Source: a candidate division FCPU426 bacterium
GTDB taxonomy: Bacteria > Oederibacteriota > Muellerivitia > Muellerivitales > Muellerivitaceae
NCBI GenBank assembly: GCA_963719085.1
Contig: CAVRAL010000001.1
Span: 416,001 to 480,000, forward strand
Direction: 5' to 3'
DNA length: 64,000 nucleotides
Shown piece by piece: positions 28,100 through 37,691 of the stretch; the first letter of the stretch is position 1, and each line of letters opens with the position of its first letter. Made by a program: the position numbers and the translations under genes. The notes beneath the pieces were generated by a model. The model saw only the letters and a program-made list of their open reading frames with translations. It was not told the DNA's origin and ran no database searches.

Positions 28100-29362
28100 A
28101 TGGCCCGGAGGCTTTTTTTTCAGGCTTTGGAAACATTTTGGATAGCGGGCTGCGGGCTTCTGCGGTTCCTGCGGGGGCTCAAGTCTTTTTTTGAGGGCTT
28201 GCTCGAGTTTGGATATTTTTTATGTTTGAGTCCGGGTTCCCCGGACTCGGGCGGGGACAAGCCCCGAAAAATATTGGTCATCAAACCGGATGGAATCGGC
28301 GATCTGATCCTGGCCATCCCATTCTTACGCGGATTGAAAAAAGAGTTTCCCCAGGCTTCCATCACCGTGGTGGCTCATCCCGCCGCCGTCCCGCTTTTGG
28401 AGTTCTGCCCCTATGTCGACGAGGTTCTTCCTTTCAAAAACAAATGGGGAAAATACCTCCGTTTCGGGGGGATCCGCCGCGCACTCGCTTTTGCCCGCCA
28501 ATTTTTGGCCGGGCGGGAATTTGACCTGGCGGTTTTGCCGCGCTGGGACGTGGATTACTATTACGCCTCCCTTTTGATTCAAGGTAGCGGCGCTCCCCGG
28601 CGGATCGGTTATTCCAGCCGGATCTCGATGGAAAAGCGGCTTTTGAACCCCGGTTACGATCTTTGCTTCAGCCAAGTGGCCCGGGGCGGCGGGGGGCTTC
28701 ACGAAGTCCAAAAGAACCTGGAACTGCTCCGACAAATGGGTGTTCCGGTCCAAGACGATGGGTTGGAATTTTGGGCCGGGGACGCGGATTGGGAGGTCGT
28801 GGATCGTTTGTGGGGGACGCTGGAAATGCGGAACCCGCATAGGCCTATCGCTCTCGGGGTGGGCCCGGCGGGTTCACGTCGGCAGTGGCCGGCGGATCGG
28901 TTTATTGAATTGGCCCGTTGGCTTCACGCGCGTTATGCCGTCCCGATTTTGGTGGTGGGTTCCAAGGCCGAATCTTTCGTCGGGGATCGAATCGCGGCGG
29001 AGACCGGGGCCTACCTGCGTAATTTGTCGGGCCGGATTAGTTTACGGCAAACCGCCGCCGTCTTAGCCCGATGCGGGCTTTTTATCGGGAACGATTCCGG
29101 GCCGCTTCACCTGGCCGCGGCGGCTGAGTGTCCGGTGCTTGAAATTTCATGCCATCCACGGGGCGGGGCCGCCGAGGGGGAGAATTCCCCTTTGCGCTTT
29201 TCCCCTTGGGGGGTTCCTAGTAGAATTTTGCAGCCTGATCCGCAAAGTCCGCTCTGCGCGGTTAAATGTTCCGCGTTTTTCCCCCATTGTATCCTCGGCG
29301 TTTCCGTGGAACGAACAAAGGAAGCCGTAACGGAATTGTTGGAAGAACCGAAAAAATTTTGA
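28100..29362 (+). CDS. Glycosyltransferase family 9 (heptosyltransferase-like)
   Basis: DGIGDLIL, RQWP, IGNDSGPLHLAAA. Confidence 0.88.
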   Translation: MARRLFFQALETFWIAGCGLLRFLRGLKSFFEGLLEFGYFLCLSPGSPDSGGDKPRKILVIKPDGIGDLILAIPFLRGLKKEFPQASITVVAHPAAVPLLEFCPYVDEVLPFKNKWGKYLRFGGIRRALAFARQFLAGREFDLAVLPRWDVDYYYASLLIQGSGAPRRIGYSSRISMEKRLLNPGYDLCFSQVARGGGGLHEVQKNLELLRQMGVPVQDDGLEFWAGDADWEVVDRLWGTLEMRNPHRPIALGVGPAGSRRQWPADRFIELARWLHARYAVPILVVGSKAESFVGDRIAAETGAYLRNLSGRISLRQTAAVLARCGLFIGNDSGPLHLAAAAECPVLEISCHPRGGAAEGENSPLRFSPWGVPSRILQPDPQSPLCAVKCSAFFPHCILGVSVERTKEAVTELLEEPKKF

Positions 29363-29378
29363 AAGTTCCCAGGAGACA

Positions 29379-30188
29379 ATGGAGGAGGCTCGCGTGAACG
29401 AATTCCCTAAATCCCTCCCCCGGACGCCTGTGCTGGGTGTTCCGGTGACCCGCGCCGAATTGGGCGAGGTCACGGCTTGGGTCTTGGAATCCGCCCGGCG
29501 GCGTTTGCCTGCCAAGGTGGCCGTGGCGCCGGTTCATAACCTGGTGGTGGCCCATCAGGACCCGGAACACCGGGAGGCCCTCCGAGGATGCCAGATCGTC
29601 ACGGCGGACGGACAACCGGTCCGCTGGACGGTGAACTTATTCCGGGATGCGGAAACGCCGCCCCTTCGCGAGCGGGTGTATGGACCGGATTTGACCCGGG
29701 TGCTTTGCGAATCCGCGGCTCGGGAAGGGATGGCGGTTTATTTTTTCGGCTCGACCCCGGCGGTCATGGAAAAGCTCTTGGCCCGGCTGCGGGCGATGAT
29801 CCCGAAGTTGTCGGCTTCCGGCCATTGCCCGGGCCTGGTGAATTTTTCGGGAGCCCCAGCGGAGGTTTACGACCCGGCGGAGGACTTGGAAAAGATACGC
29901 TCTTCGGGAGCCCAAATCCTGTTCGTAGGACTGGGTTGTCCCAAGCAGGAGCGCTGGATGCATCTTTACGCCCAGAGGGTTGGAATCCCTTGTTTGGGTG
30001 TGGGGGCCGCCTTTGATTTCCACGCGGGCACCTTGGCTCAAGCGCCCGTTTGGATGCAAAAAATCGGGTTGGAGTGGTTTTTTCGTCTGGTCATGGAACC
30101 CCGCCGGTTGTGGCGGCGTTATTTAATCGGCAACAGCTTATTTATAGCCTTGGTGGCCCGTGAAATTTTGCGCCGGAGAAAAGAATGA
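29379..30188 (+). CDS. WecB/TagA/CpsF family glycosyltransferase (GT26)
   Basis: ADGQP, RVYGPDL, VGLGCPKQE, GLEWFFRLVMEPRRLWRRY. Confidence 0.92.
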   Translation: MEEARVNEFPKSLPRTPVLGVPVTRAELGEVTAWVLESARRRLPAKVAVAPVHNLVVAHQDPEHREALRGCQIVTADGQPVRWTVNLFRDAETPPLRERVYGPDLTRVLCESAAREGMAVYFFGSTPAVMEKLLARLRAMIPKLSASGHCPGLVNFSGAPAEVYDPAEDLEKIRSSGAQILFVGLGCPKQERWMHLYAQRVGIPCLGVGAAFDFHAGTLAQAPVWMQKIGLEWFFRLVMEPRRLWRRYLIGNSLFIALVAREILRRRKE

Positions 30189-31090
30189 TGTACCCTAATT
30201 TTTTCATCATCGGCGCCCCTAAATGCGGCACGACGGCATTGGCCCAATATCTTTCGGAAAACCCGTATATTTTTTTTAGCGGAACCAAGGAACCCCTTTA
30301 TTTCTCGTTCGATCTCATGAAAACAGCCGCCATGGATTTGGAAGCCTATCTTTCGCTTTTCAAGGGGGCCGATCCCGGGGTTCATCAGGCGGTCGGAGAA
30401 GGCTCCGCCGTTTATCTTTTTTCCCGGACGGCCGTTTCTGAGATTTTGAAATTCAACCCGGAAGCGAGGTTCATCGTCCTTTTGCGCAATCCGGTGGATT
30501 TGGTGCAGGCCTGGCATTCCCAAAAAATATTCGAGGGACGGGAAGATATCCTGGACTTTGAGCGGGCTTGGCGGGCGGAAGGGGAGCGGCGAAATGGCAA
30601 ACGAATCCCCGCCTCCTGTTGGGAACCTAAGGATCTTTTTTACTCGGAGTGGGGGTTGTTGGGGGGGCAAATGAAACGTCTTTTAGAGAGGGTGCCGAAG
30701 AGCCGGGTCAAAGTGATTCTGTTTGAAGATTTTAACGCCGACCCGGCAAAAACCTACCGTGAAACACTCGATTTTTTAGGCGTGCGGTGGGACGGCCGGA
30801 CGCGGTTTGAACGGATCAACGAAAATAAACGATTGATCTGGCCGCCGCTCCAATTGTTTTTTGGCTTTTTAGCCCAATGCGCTTGGTGGATAAAAAAAGA
30901 ACTTCGCCTTACCCGGAAATGGGGGATTGTCTCCGGCTTGCTTTCCTGGAACACCCGGGCGGGGAAAAGACCGCCGGTTTCGCCGGCGTTTCAGTCCGAA
31001 TTAGAGGCTTTTTACAAGGCGGATGTTTCCATGTTGTCCGATTTGTTGGGGCGTGATTTATCCCATTGGACTTCCAGCAAGGACGCTTGA
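30185..31090 (+). CDS. PAPS-dependent sulfotransferase (paralog of 22364..23269)
   Basis: IIGAPKCGTT, KEP, LLRNPVD. Confidence 0.88.
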   Translation: MMYPNFFIIGAPKCGTTALAQYLSENPYIFFSGTKEPLYFSFDLMKTAAMDLEAYLSLFKGADPGVHQAVGEGSAVYLFSRTAVSEILKFNPEARFIVLLRNPVDLVQAWHSQKIFEGREDILDFERAWRAEGERRNGKRIPASCWEPKDLFYSEWGLLGGQMKRLLERVPKSRVKVILFEDFNADPAKTYRETLDFLGVRWDGRTRFERINENKRLIWPPLQLFFGFLAQCAWWIKKELRLTRKWGIVSGLLSWNTRAGKRPPVSPAFQSELEAFYKADVSMLSDLLGRDLSHWTSSKDA

Positions 31091-31093
31091 ACC

Positions 31094-31699
31094 ATGAGTG
31101 GATCCAAAGGGGCCGCCGGTGCGGGCAAAAAATATTGGGTTTTAATTTTTATTTGTTTCTGCGCCTTGGCCGCCGAATTCCTCTATTTTGCCTTTACCTA
31201 CCGGGCGTTGAATCCGGCGCCTCCGCCGGAATTCGATCTGGTGCTAAAATATACCGATTCGGGTTCTTTAAAATTTCCCCTATACTTGGCCGAGCATTTT
31301 CATAAACCCCTTTATATTTCGAAGGCCCCCTGGGAGAACGGAAAGTTCTACCGAAAAATTCCAAAGGGCCTGGGGGTTTTTGTCGATTCCAGCGGGCGGA
31401 CCACGGATGCCAACGCGCGCCATAGCGCGCCCTTTATCCGCTCCCACGGGTTCAAGCGGGTTTTGCTGGTCACGTCTTGGGTTCACGCTCCCCGCGCCCT
31501 CTTTTTGACCCGGTTTTATCTTTGGGGTTCGGGAGTTTCGGTGATCGCCTGTCCCGGTGAGTCCGTTCCGGCGAATTGGTGGCGGCAAATGGGATTTTGG
31601 ATGGAGAGCGTTAAGTTTTGGGGAAGCTTGGGCCGGGTGGTTTTGGCCTCTGCACCTTTCGAGTGGGAGACGGGCCCAGACGGGAGAAAATTGAAATGA
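31094..31699 (+). CDS. YdcF/ElyC (DUF218) family protein
   Basis: N-terminal TM, TTDANA, LLVTSWVHAPRA, E..K. Confidence 0.75.
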   Translation: MSGSKGAAGAGKKYWVLIFICFCALAAEFLYFAFTYRALNPAPPPEFDLVLKYTDSGSLKFPLYLAEHFHKPLYISKAPWENGKFYRKIPKGLGVFVDSSGRTTDANARHSAPFIRSHGFKRVLLVTSWVHAPRALFLTRFYLWGSGVSVIACPGESVPANWWRQMGFWMESVKFWGSLGRVVLASAPFEWETGPDGRKLK

Positions 31700-32655
31700 A
31701 GCTCAAAAAACGACGCTTTGAATCTGGATGGATGATTCGGGCATTGGTTTATGTTTTGGAAAGGATCCGCCGTCGAAAAAGGCTTTTGTTTTCAACCGCC
31801 GGTTTCGACGAACCGAGGAATACCAGGAACCTTTTTGGCCCGGAATCTTTTTCATCGATTGAAATCTATTCCAGGGAGGCGTCGGCTTCGAACCCGGCCT
31901 TAACCCGAGTGGAAATCGAAAAGTTTAAAAACAAGGGATGGGTGGGGACCTATCCGCTGCTGACTCCCCGGGGCGGGCGTCTTTTGTTAAGCGTGCATGA
32001 CCGGACCCGGGGGCGCTTCGCTGGATTGAGGACGGATTCCGCAGGATCCGGCGACCCGCCGCCTCCTTGGTTCAAAAGCCAGCATGCCTATATTTCGGAG
32101 TTTTACGATGTCGCGCGCCATCCGGCAATTGTCGGACGGGTGGCGTCACTGCTGGGGCCGGATATCCTGGCTTGGTCCTTTACGATCAATTCTTATTTTC
32201 CGGGTAAGGTACATCCTTGGCATGTTGACGTAGAACATCTTCGTTGGCCGGGTGTGAGTGTCTTTTTGGGACTTCGGAACATCACGATAAAGTCCACTCT
32301 GAAGGTCATCAGCGGATCTCAACGCATTCGTCAATTGCCCGAGGAGTTTGGGGTGGTCGACGATGAATCAGCTTTGGCCGCTTGTTTGAAATTCGTACCG
32401 GACGCCGAATTGGTGCGAGTGCCGATCAGGGAAGGCGAGTTTTTTATTTTCGATGGTCCAATTTGGCACGGATCCCAGAATATGAGTTTTAAACTGAGGT
32501 CCGCCGCGATCATCCAATATTGCCGGCCGGATCAAAAGATCACGGCGCCGATTAATTATGGCCGTTCGGTTCAATGGCATCCTGTGCCCCCGCCCTGTAT
32601 TTTGGTGAGGGGAGAGGACCGTTGGGGGATCAACCGGCTAGTGGGAAGGCCTTAG
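31696..32655 (+). CDS. PhyH-like 2OG-Fe(II) dioxygenase
   Basis: PWHVD, LKVISGS, WHGS, distal Arg; ATGA coupling to the upstream gene. Confidence 0.8.
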   Translation: MKLKKRRFESGWMIRALVYVLERIRRRKRLLFSTAGFDEPRNTRNLFGPESFSSIEIYSREASASNPALTRVEIEKFKNKGWVGTYPLLTPRGGRLLLSVHDRTRGRFAGLRTDSAGSGDPPPPWFKSQHAYISEFYDVARHPAIVGRVASLLGPDILAWSFTINSYFPGKVHPWHVDVEHLRWPGVSVFLGLRNITIKSTLKVISGSQRIRQLPEEFGVVDDESALAACLKFVPDAELVRVPIREGEFFIFDGPIWHGSQNMSFKLRSAAIIQYCRPDQKITAPINYGRSVQWHPVPPPCILVRGEDRWGINRLVGRP

Positions 32656-32667
32656 GCGTTGGGGAAT

Positions 32668-32695
32668 AAAAAAGCCGCCGGCAAAGTCCGGCGGC
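32668..32695 (-). terminator. Intrinsic terminator
   Basis: Stem GCCGCCGG/CCGGCGGC with an A6 run on the left, i.e. a U-tract on the minus strand, downstream of 32721..33029. Confidence 0.75.
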
Positions 32696-32720
32696 GGGAA
32701 CCGGTTTAATTTAAAAGGGA

Positions 32721-33029
32721 CTATTGGGAATCGGCGTACGCGTCGGCTTGTGCTAATTCATCCAAGGCGTGGTTGATGGCCGCGATGGCCTGCATCTTAT
32801 GACCGCCGAAGTCGTGGCCCGCGGACCAAAGCAGGTGTTTGGATTCCCGTAATTTATTCGCGGCCCGGAAGATCAGGGGATGGTGATGGCCTCTGAAGTG
32901 AAAATGAGCCTCGTCGTCATCACCAACATTGGCCATAAAGGTGATGTTGTCCGCATGGATGACGGCGGGCAAAGCCAAGGTGAGCCCGAGGGCAACTACT
33001 CCCGTAAACTTTCTAAAATTTTTCCACAT
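32721..33029 (-). CDS. Small secreted His-rich helical protein (102 aa)
   Basis: GGAGG RBS, signal peptide, HFHFRGHHHP and HDFGGH motifs. Confidence 0.75.
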   Translation of the reverse strand: MWKNFRKFTGVVALGLTLALPAVIHADNITFMANVGDDDEAHFHFRGHHHPLIFRAANKLRESKHLLWSAGHDFGGHKMQAIAAINHALDELAQADAYADSQ

Positions 33030-33198
33030 CTGAAGCCTCCTGGATGAACGATTAATTTGTCCACGACTGGGTTTATTATACGGAAGACCTTTTTGAGGGG
33101 AGTGAAAGTTTTCTCCCCGGGACGACTTTGGTCGAAAAGTTGCCCCCCTCCAGGGGAAGGTTGAAGTAAACTGTCGCCTCGAATGGAAAAGGAAACGC

Positions 33199-34104
33199 AT
33201 GCTTAAACTGATTCCGGTCTTTGGGTTGGCCCTGGTTTTTGTCTTGGGCGTTTGGACCGTGGGGCTGGCCGACGCGCCGTCCCCTGGGGCCGCCGGAATT
33301 TCAGGCCAAGCGGAGGGGCCTCTGGTTTTTTCCCTGGTTCGCCCCCTTTTTAAACCCTTGCTCGGGGATCCCCGGGAACCCTCCCTTGGAATGACTTCTT
33401 ATTTAAATGAAAAGGGCTACGAATATTCGTTTGGCGGCGCGCTTGATTTCGCGCGTTGGCGGTCCGCCCCGGATATGGAATGGGGCATGGGGCTATTCGC
33501 CGGTCTTTGGACCTTGAGCGAAAATCCCGATGGGTCCACCCTGTTGGTGGATGATTGGTTCACGGGACTTTACTTGAGCGAAAAAACCGGGCCTTTTTCT
33601 TTCCGACTTGAATTCCAAGACCAAAAATCGGATCCGGGCGACGCACTGCCGAAACCGTTGGCCCCTTTTTATCCCTTCGACCCGAGCCATCCCGATGCTT
33701 CCCGATATTATTTCACCCGGGACAACCAAAACCTCACCGTTTCCTTGGACGCCTTACGGGGCTTAAGACTTTACGCCGGAGGGGGGTTCAAAACCTGGTG
33801 GGACGATTTCGATCCTTTTGAGAGCCAGATTTTCCTCTTCGGTGGATTGGAAGCTGAGTCGTCCACTTTTGATTTTTTGGGTTCGGCCTGCCGGGGATAC
33901 GGAACCTATCACTTCAAATACCAGGATCAGGCGGGGGGAACCTATGACCACGCGATCCAACTGGGATTACGGTGGGCGCCCGCGTCGGACCGGGGAAGCG
34001 CTTTGCGTTTCGCCTTGATGTTTTACAGCGGCCATTCGGAATTCGGCCAATTTTATCAAAAGAGCGACCAGCATTGGGGGCTCGGACTTTTTTTCGATCC
34101 CTAA
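33199..34104 (+). CDS. Putative outer-membrane protein (DUF1207-like)
   Basis: Signal peptide, PLFKPLLGDPREP, GHSEFGQFY, aromatic C-terminal beta strand. Confidence 0.6.
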   Translation: MLKLIPVFGLALVFVLGVWTVGLADAPSPGAAGISGQAEGPLVFSLVRPLFKPLLGDPREPSLGMTSYLNEKGYEYSFGGALDFARWRSAPDMEWGMGLFAGLWTLSENPDGSTLLVDDWFTGLYLSEKTGPFSFRLEFQDQKSDPGDALPKPLAPFYPFDPSHPDASRYYFTRDNQNLTVSLDALRGLRLYAGGGFKTWWDDFDPFESQIFLFGGLEAESSTFDFLGSACRGYGTYHFKYQDQAGGTYDHAIQLGLRWAPASDRGSALRFALMFYSGHSEFGQFYQKSDQHWGLGLFFDP

Positions 34105-34155
34105 TCGCTGAAAAGACGGCGGTGGAACCAGTGGCGGCTATTCAAAGGAAACGGA

Positions 34156-34992
34156 ATGCGTGAATTTTTAAAAACCCTTATTTTAATCCTCGTCCTGGGC
34201 GCGCTCGGGCCCGCGGCGGCTTGGGCGCAGGAAATCCCGGCGGTTTTCCTTCCGGCCGGTCATGTGTTCGCCCCGCTTTTGGCCGACCCGAGGGAGCCCG
34301 CGAACGAAATCGCCGTCCATCAGGATTTGAAATACTTTGACGGTGAGCTCGGCGGAACCTTGGATCTCATTCGTTGGACTCCCTGGGATAAAAGCATTTG
34401 GGGCTGGGGGTTTTCAGGCGCCGGCTTTCTTTCCCTCTTGAATAATTCCTCGCACAACGCGGGTCAAAGCTTCCGTTTGGTGGATATCGATCTGGAACTG
34501 GGGACCTATGTGAGCGAGTCCTGCGGATTATTCTCCAACCGCCTTGAAGTGGTCCAGCAGTCTTCGCATTTGGGGGACGCTTTCAGTTCTTTACAGCCGG
34601 TGCCGGCTGACCGGGAAGGCTGGAAATTTACCGACGCCTGGCAGGCTTCCGGTTCTTTGCGCTTGATCGCCGGGGCGGGCGGTTGGTTTTCGGCCAAGCC
34701 TTCGGCCCCGCCGGTTTTCGCCCAACTGGGAGCGGAACTCGGATCGGCTTACGCTCCCTGGGATTCCAACCTGCTTTTTCGGGGTTATCTGGCCTATGAC
34801 CTGAAAATGGGGGCGGAGGCGAGTGGGGATTTGGATCAAAATTTTGAGGCGGGATTCCAATGGAAAGGCTTGGCGGAAGGCTCTCCCGGATTTCGCTTCG
34901 CGGTTCTTTATTACAACGGCGATAATCTTTCTGGGCAGTTCAACGGCCAAAGGGACAACCATTGGAGCTTCGGCTTTTTCGTGGACCCTTGA
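34156..34992 (+). CDS. Putative outer-membrane protein (DUF1207-like), tandem paralog
   Basis: FAPLLADPREP, SSHLGD, C-terminus HWSFGFFVDP like the upstream gene. Confidence 0.6.
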   Translation: MREFLKTLILILVLGALGPAAAWAQEIPAVFLPAGHVFAPLLADPREPANEIAVHQDLKYFDGELGGTLDLIRWTPWDKSIWGWGFSGAGFLSLLNNSSHNAGQSFRLVDIDLELGTYVSESCGLFSNRLEVVQQSSHLGDAFSSLQPVPADREGWKFTDAWQASGSLRLIAGAGGWFSAKPSAPPVFAQLGAELGSAYAPWDSNLLFRGYLAYDLKMGAEASGDLDQNFEAGFQWKGLAEGSPGFRFAVLYYNGDNLSGQFNGQRDNHWSFGFFVDP

Positions 34993-35086
34993 GCGAAATC
35001 CCTCGGGGATGGGTTTATTTGACCCGGCGGGTCAAGTTGAATAACATGGTTTCGCGCGACATCAATCGGCTCTAACAAGGAAACGC

Positions 35087-36097
35087 ATGAAAATCAAAAA
35101 AGCCTTCATCACGGGCATTACGGGTCAGGATGGATCTTGGCTGGCGGATTTTCTCTTGGAAAAAGGCTACGAGGTCCATGGATTGGTGCGCCGCTCCTCG
35201 TCCTTCAATACGGACCGGGTGAACCATATTTATCAAGATCCGCATGACAAGGGCCGACGATTCTTTTTGCATTATGGCGATTTGACCGACTCCTCGGGAC
35301 TTTTCAAGCTTTTACATAAAACCCAACCGGATGAAATTTATAACCTGGGCGCCATGAGCCATGTGCGGGTTTCCTTCGACCAACCCGAATATACCGGGGA
35401 AGTGACGGGGGTGGGGACCATCAAGCTTTTGGAAGCCGCTCGTTCGGCCTGCCCCCGGGCCCGCTTCTACCAGGCCAGCAGTTCGGAGCTTTACGGCGGG
35501 ATCGATTGCCCCAAGGCCGGTTATAACGAGAAAAGCCCCTTTTACCCCCGGAGCCCCTACGGCGTGGCCAAGCTTTATTCCTTTTGGTCGGCCAAAAATT
35601 ACCGGGAAGCCTATGGCCTGCATATTTCCAACGGCATCCTTTTCAACCACGAGAGCGAACGGCGGGGCGAGACCTTCGTCACCCGCAAAATCACCCGGGC
35701 CCTGGGCCGTATCAAGCTGGGCCTTCAAAAAGAGCTCTACCTCGGCAATCTGGACGCCCACCGGGATTGGGGGGACGCGAAAGAATTCGTGCGGGCCATG
35801 TGGCTCATGCTTCAGCAGAAAAAGGCGGATGATTATGTCATCGCCACGGGCAAGACCTATACGGTCCGTCATTTCCTGGAAACGGCTTTCGGCTACGCCG
35901 GGCTTGATTATAAAAAGCACGTCAAATTCGACGCCCGCTACTTGCGGCCTTCCGAGGTGGATTACTTGAAAGGCGATTCATCCAAGGCCCGCCGGGTGAT
36001 GGGGTGGAAACACGAGACATCCTTTGAGTCATTGGTCAAACGCATGGTGGACCATGATTTGGAAATGGCCCGCCGGGAAAAGAAAAGGGATTCTTGA
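35087..36097 (+). CDS. gmd: GDP-mannose 4,6-dehydratase
   Basis: GITGQDG, YQASSSE, YGVAK, LFNHES, RDWG. Confidence 0.97.
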   Translation: MKIKKAFITGITGQDGSWLADFLLEKGYEVHGLVRRSSSFNTDRVNHIYQDPHDKGRRFFLHYGDLTDSSGLFKLLHKTQPDEIYNLGAMSHVRVSFDQPEYTGEVTGVGTIKLLEAARSACPRARFYQASSSELYGGIDCPKAGYNEKSPFYPRSPYGVAKLYSFWSAKNYREAYGLHISNGILFNHESERRGETFVTRKITRALGRIKLGLQKELYLGNLDAHRDWGDAKEFVRAMWLMLQQKKADDYVIATGKTYTVRHFLETAFGYAGLDYKKHVKFDARYLRPSEVDYLKGDSSKARRVMGWKHETSFESLVKRMVDHDLEMARREKKRDS

Positions 36098-36098
36098 T

Positions 36099-37031
36099 TT
36101 GAAACTCTTCATCGCGGGACACAAGGGGATGGTGGGCTCGGCCCTGGTCCGGCATTTTAAGGGCGCGGTTGGAACCGATCTGGTTCTGCGGGACCGGTCG
36201 GAGCTTGACCTTCTGAACCAGCGGGCGGTCTTTGATTTTTTTCAAAAAGAAAAACCCGACCAGGTGATCCTGGCGGCGGCCAAGGTGGGCGGCATCCTGG
36301 CCAACGACACCTATCCCGCGGATTTTCTTTACCAGAATCTGGCCTTGACCACCCATTGCGTCGAGGGCGCTTACCGGGCGGGCGTGAAGCGGTTGCTTTT
36401 TCTCGGCAGTTCCTGCATCTATCCCAAACTGGCGCCCCAGCCCATGCCCGAGGGGAGTCTTTTAACCGGACCCCTGGAATCGACCAACGAAGCCTACGCG
36501 GTCGCCAAGATCGCCGGGCTCAAACTTTGCCAATATTATCGAAAACAGTACGGCGTGCGGTTCCATTCGGCCATGCCCACCAACCTCTATGGGCCGGGGG
36601 ACAATTATGATCCGCGGAATTCCCATGTGCTTCCCGCGCTGATCCGCAAGTTTGACGAGGCGAAAGGGTCCGGCGGTCCGGTGGTTTTGTGGGGAACGGG
36701 CTCCCCCAAGCGCGAATTTTTGCACGTGGATGACCTGGCCGCCGCCTGTGATTTTCTTTTGAACATCCAGGACCCGCCCGATTGGGTGAATGTGGGGATC
36801 GGCGAGGATATTTCAATTAAAGAATTGGCGGATCGGGTGGCGGAAGCGGTCGGCTACCGGGGAAAAATCGAGTGGGACTCCACGAAGCCGGATGGAACCC
36901 CCCGAAAGTTGATGGATGTTTCCCGCCTGAAAGCCGCCGGCTGGAAAGCCCGGATTCCGTTCCGCGAGGGCCTCCATAAAACCTATCAAAACTACCTGGA
37001 AGAAAAGGCCGCGGGCCGATTGAGGGCCTGA
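36099..37031 (+). CDS. fcl: GDP-L-fucose synthase
   Basis: [39 protein letters not shown]. Confidence 0.96.
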   Translation: MKLFIAGHKGMVGSALVRHFKGAVGTDLVLRDRSELDLLNQRAVFDFFQKEKPDQVILAAAKVGGILANDTYPADFLYQNLALTTHCVEGAYRAGVKRLLFLGSSCIYPKLAPQPMPEGSLLTGPLESTNEAYAVAKIAGLKLCQYYRKQYGVRFHSAMPTNLYGPGDNYDPRNSHVLPALIRKFDEAKGSGGPVVLWGTGSPKREFLHVDDLAAACDFLLNIQDPPDWVNVGIGEDISIKELADRVAEAVGYRGKIEWDSTKPDGTPRKLMDVSRLKAAGWKARIPFREGLHKTYQNYLEEKAAGRLRA

Positions 37032-37093
37032 ATTTTCGGGTTTTAATTTTATGGATCGGGTGGAAAACCGGCCGCCTCCTGTTGGGATTGAAA

Positions 37094-37678
37094 ATGAAGA
37101 TTGAAAAAGTTTGGGTGTTGGTTGTTTTGATGGCGGTTCCCCAATGGCTTTGGGCTCAGACGGAAGGTTTCGCCCTTTCCTTCGGCGGAGCGGCCTCCAT
37201 GGCCTATACCTCGATTCCCTTGAAACCCAACGGCGGTTTTGGGCTTTCCGGCGATTTGGAATATGATTGTTTAGATGGCTTCGGCGCCGGTTTGGACATT
37301 GGACTGGTGGAATATATCGCCCCGACCGGGCAGGCGGACATGAAGAGCGCTTGGGCCGACCTGACGGCCCGTTTGTTTCCTTTTCCGGCTTCCGGTTTGG
37401 GCCGCCCTTATTGGCGGATGGGGTTTGGTTTTTCCCCTTTTGTGGCGGGCCTCTTCGGGGATTATTGGCCCAACTACGCCGCCGCCCAATTGGGTGGTCC
37501 GGCTTCTTCCGCGGCGATTTACTGGAACGCCCAAACCTCAATCGGCTATCGTTTTTTTCTCAGTCAAAACTGGGCCCTGGACACGGAAGCTCAATACAAT
37601 CTTTTCTGGCCGCCCGCGGCGCCGCTGCTTCAAACCTTAAGTCTTCAAACACGGTTGGTTTTGTTTTTGGGAAAATAA
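37094..37678 (+). CDS. Hypothetical exported protein, possible small beta-barrel
   Basis: Signal peptide; alternating hydrophobic strands. Confidence 0.5.
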   Translation: MKIEKVWVLVVLMAVPQWLWAQTEGFALSFGGAASMAYTSIPLKPNGGFGLSGDLEYDCLDGFGAGLDIGLVEYIAPTGQADMKSAWADLTARLFPFPASGLGRPYWRMGFGFSPFVAGLFGDYWPNYAAAQLGGPASSAAIYWNAQTSIGYRFFLSQNWALDTEAQYNLFWPPAAPLLQTLSLQTRLVLFLGK

Positions 37679-37691
37679 AAATTCAAGCAGG

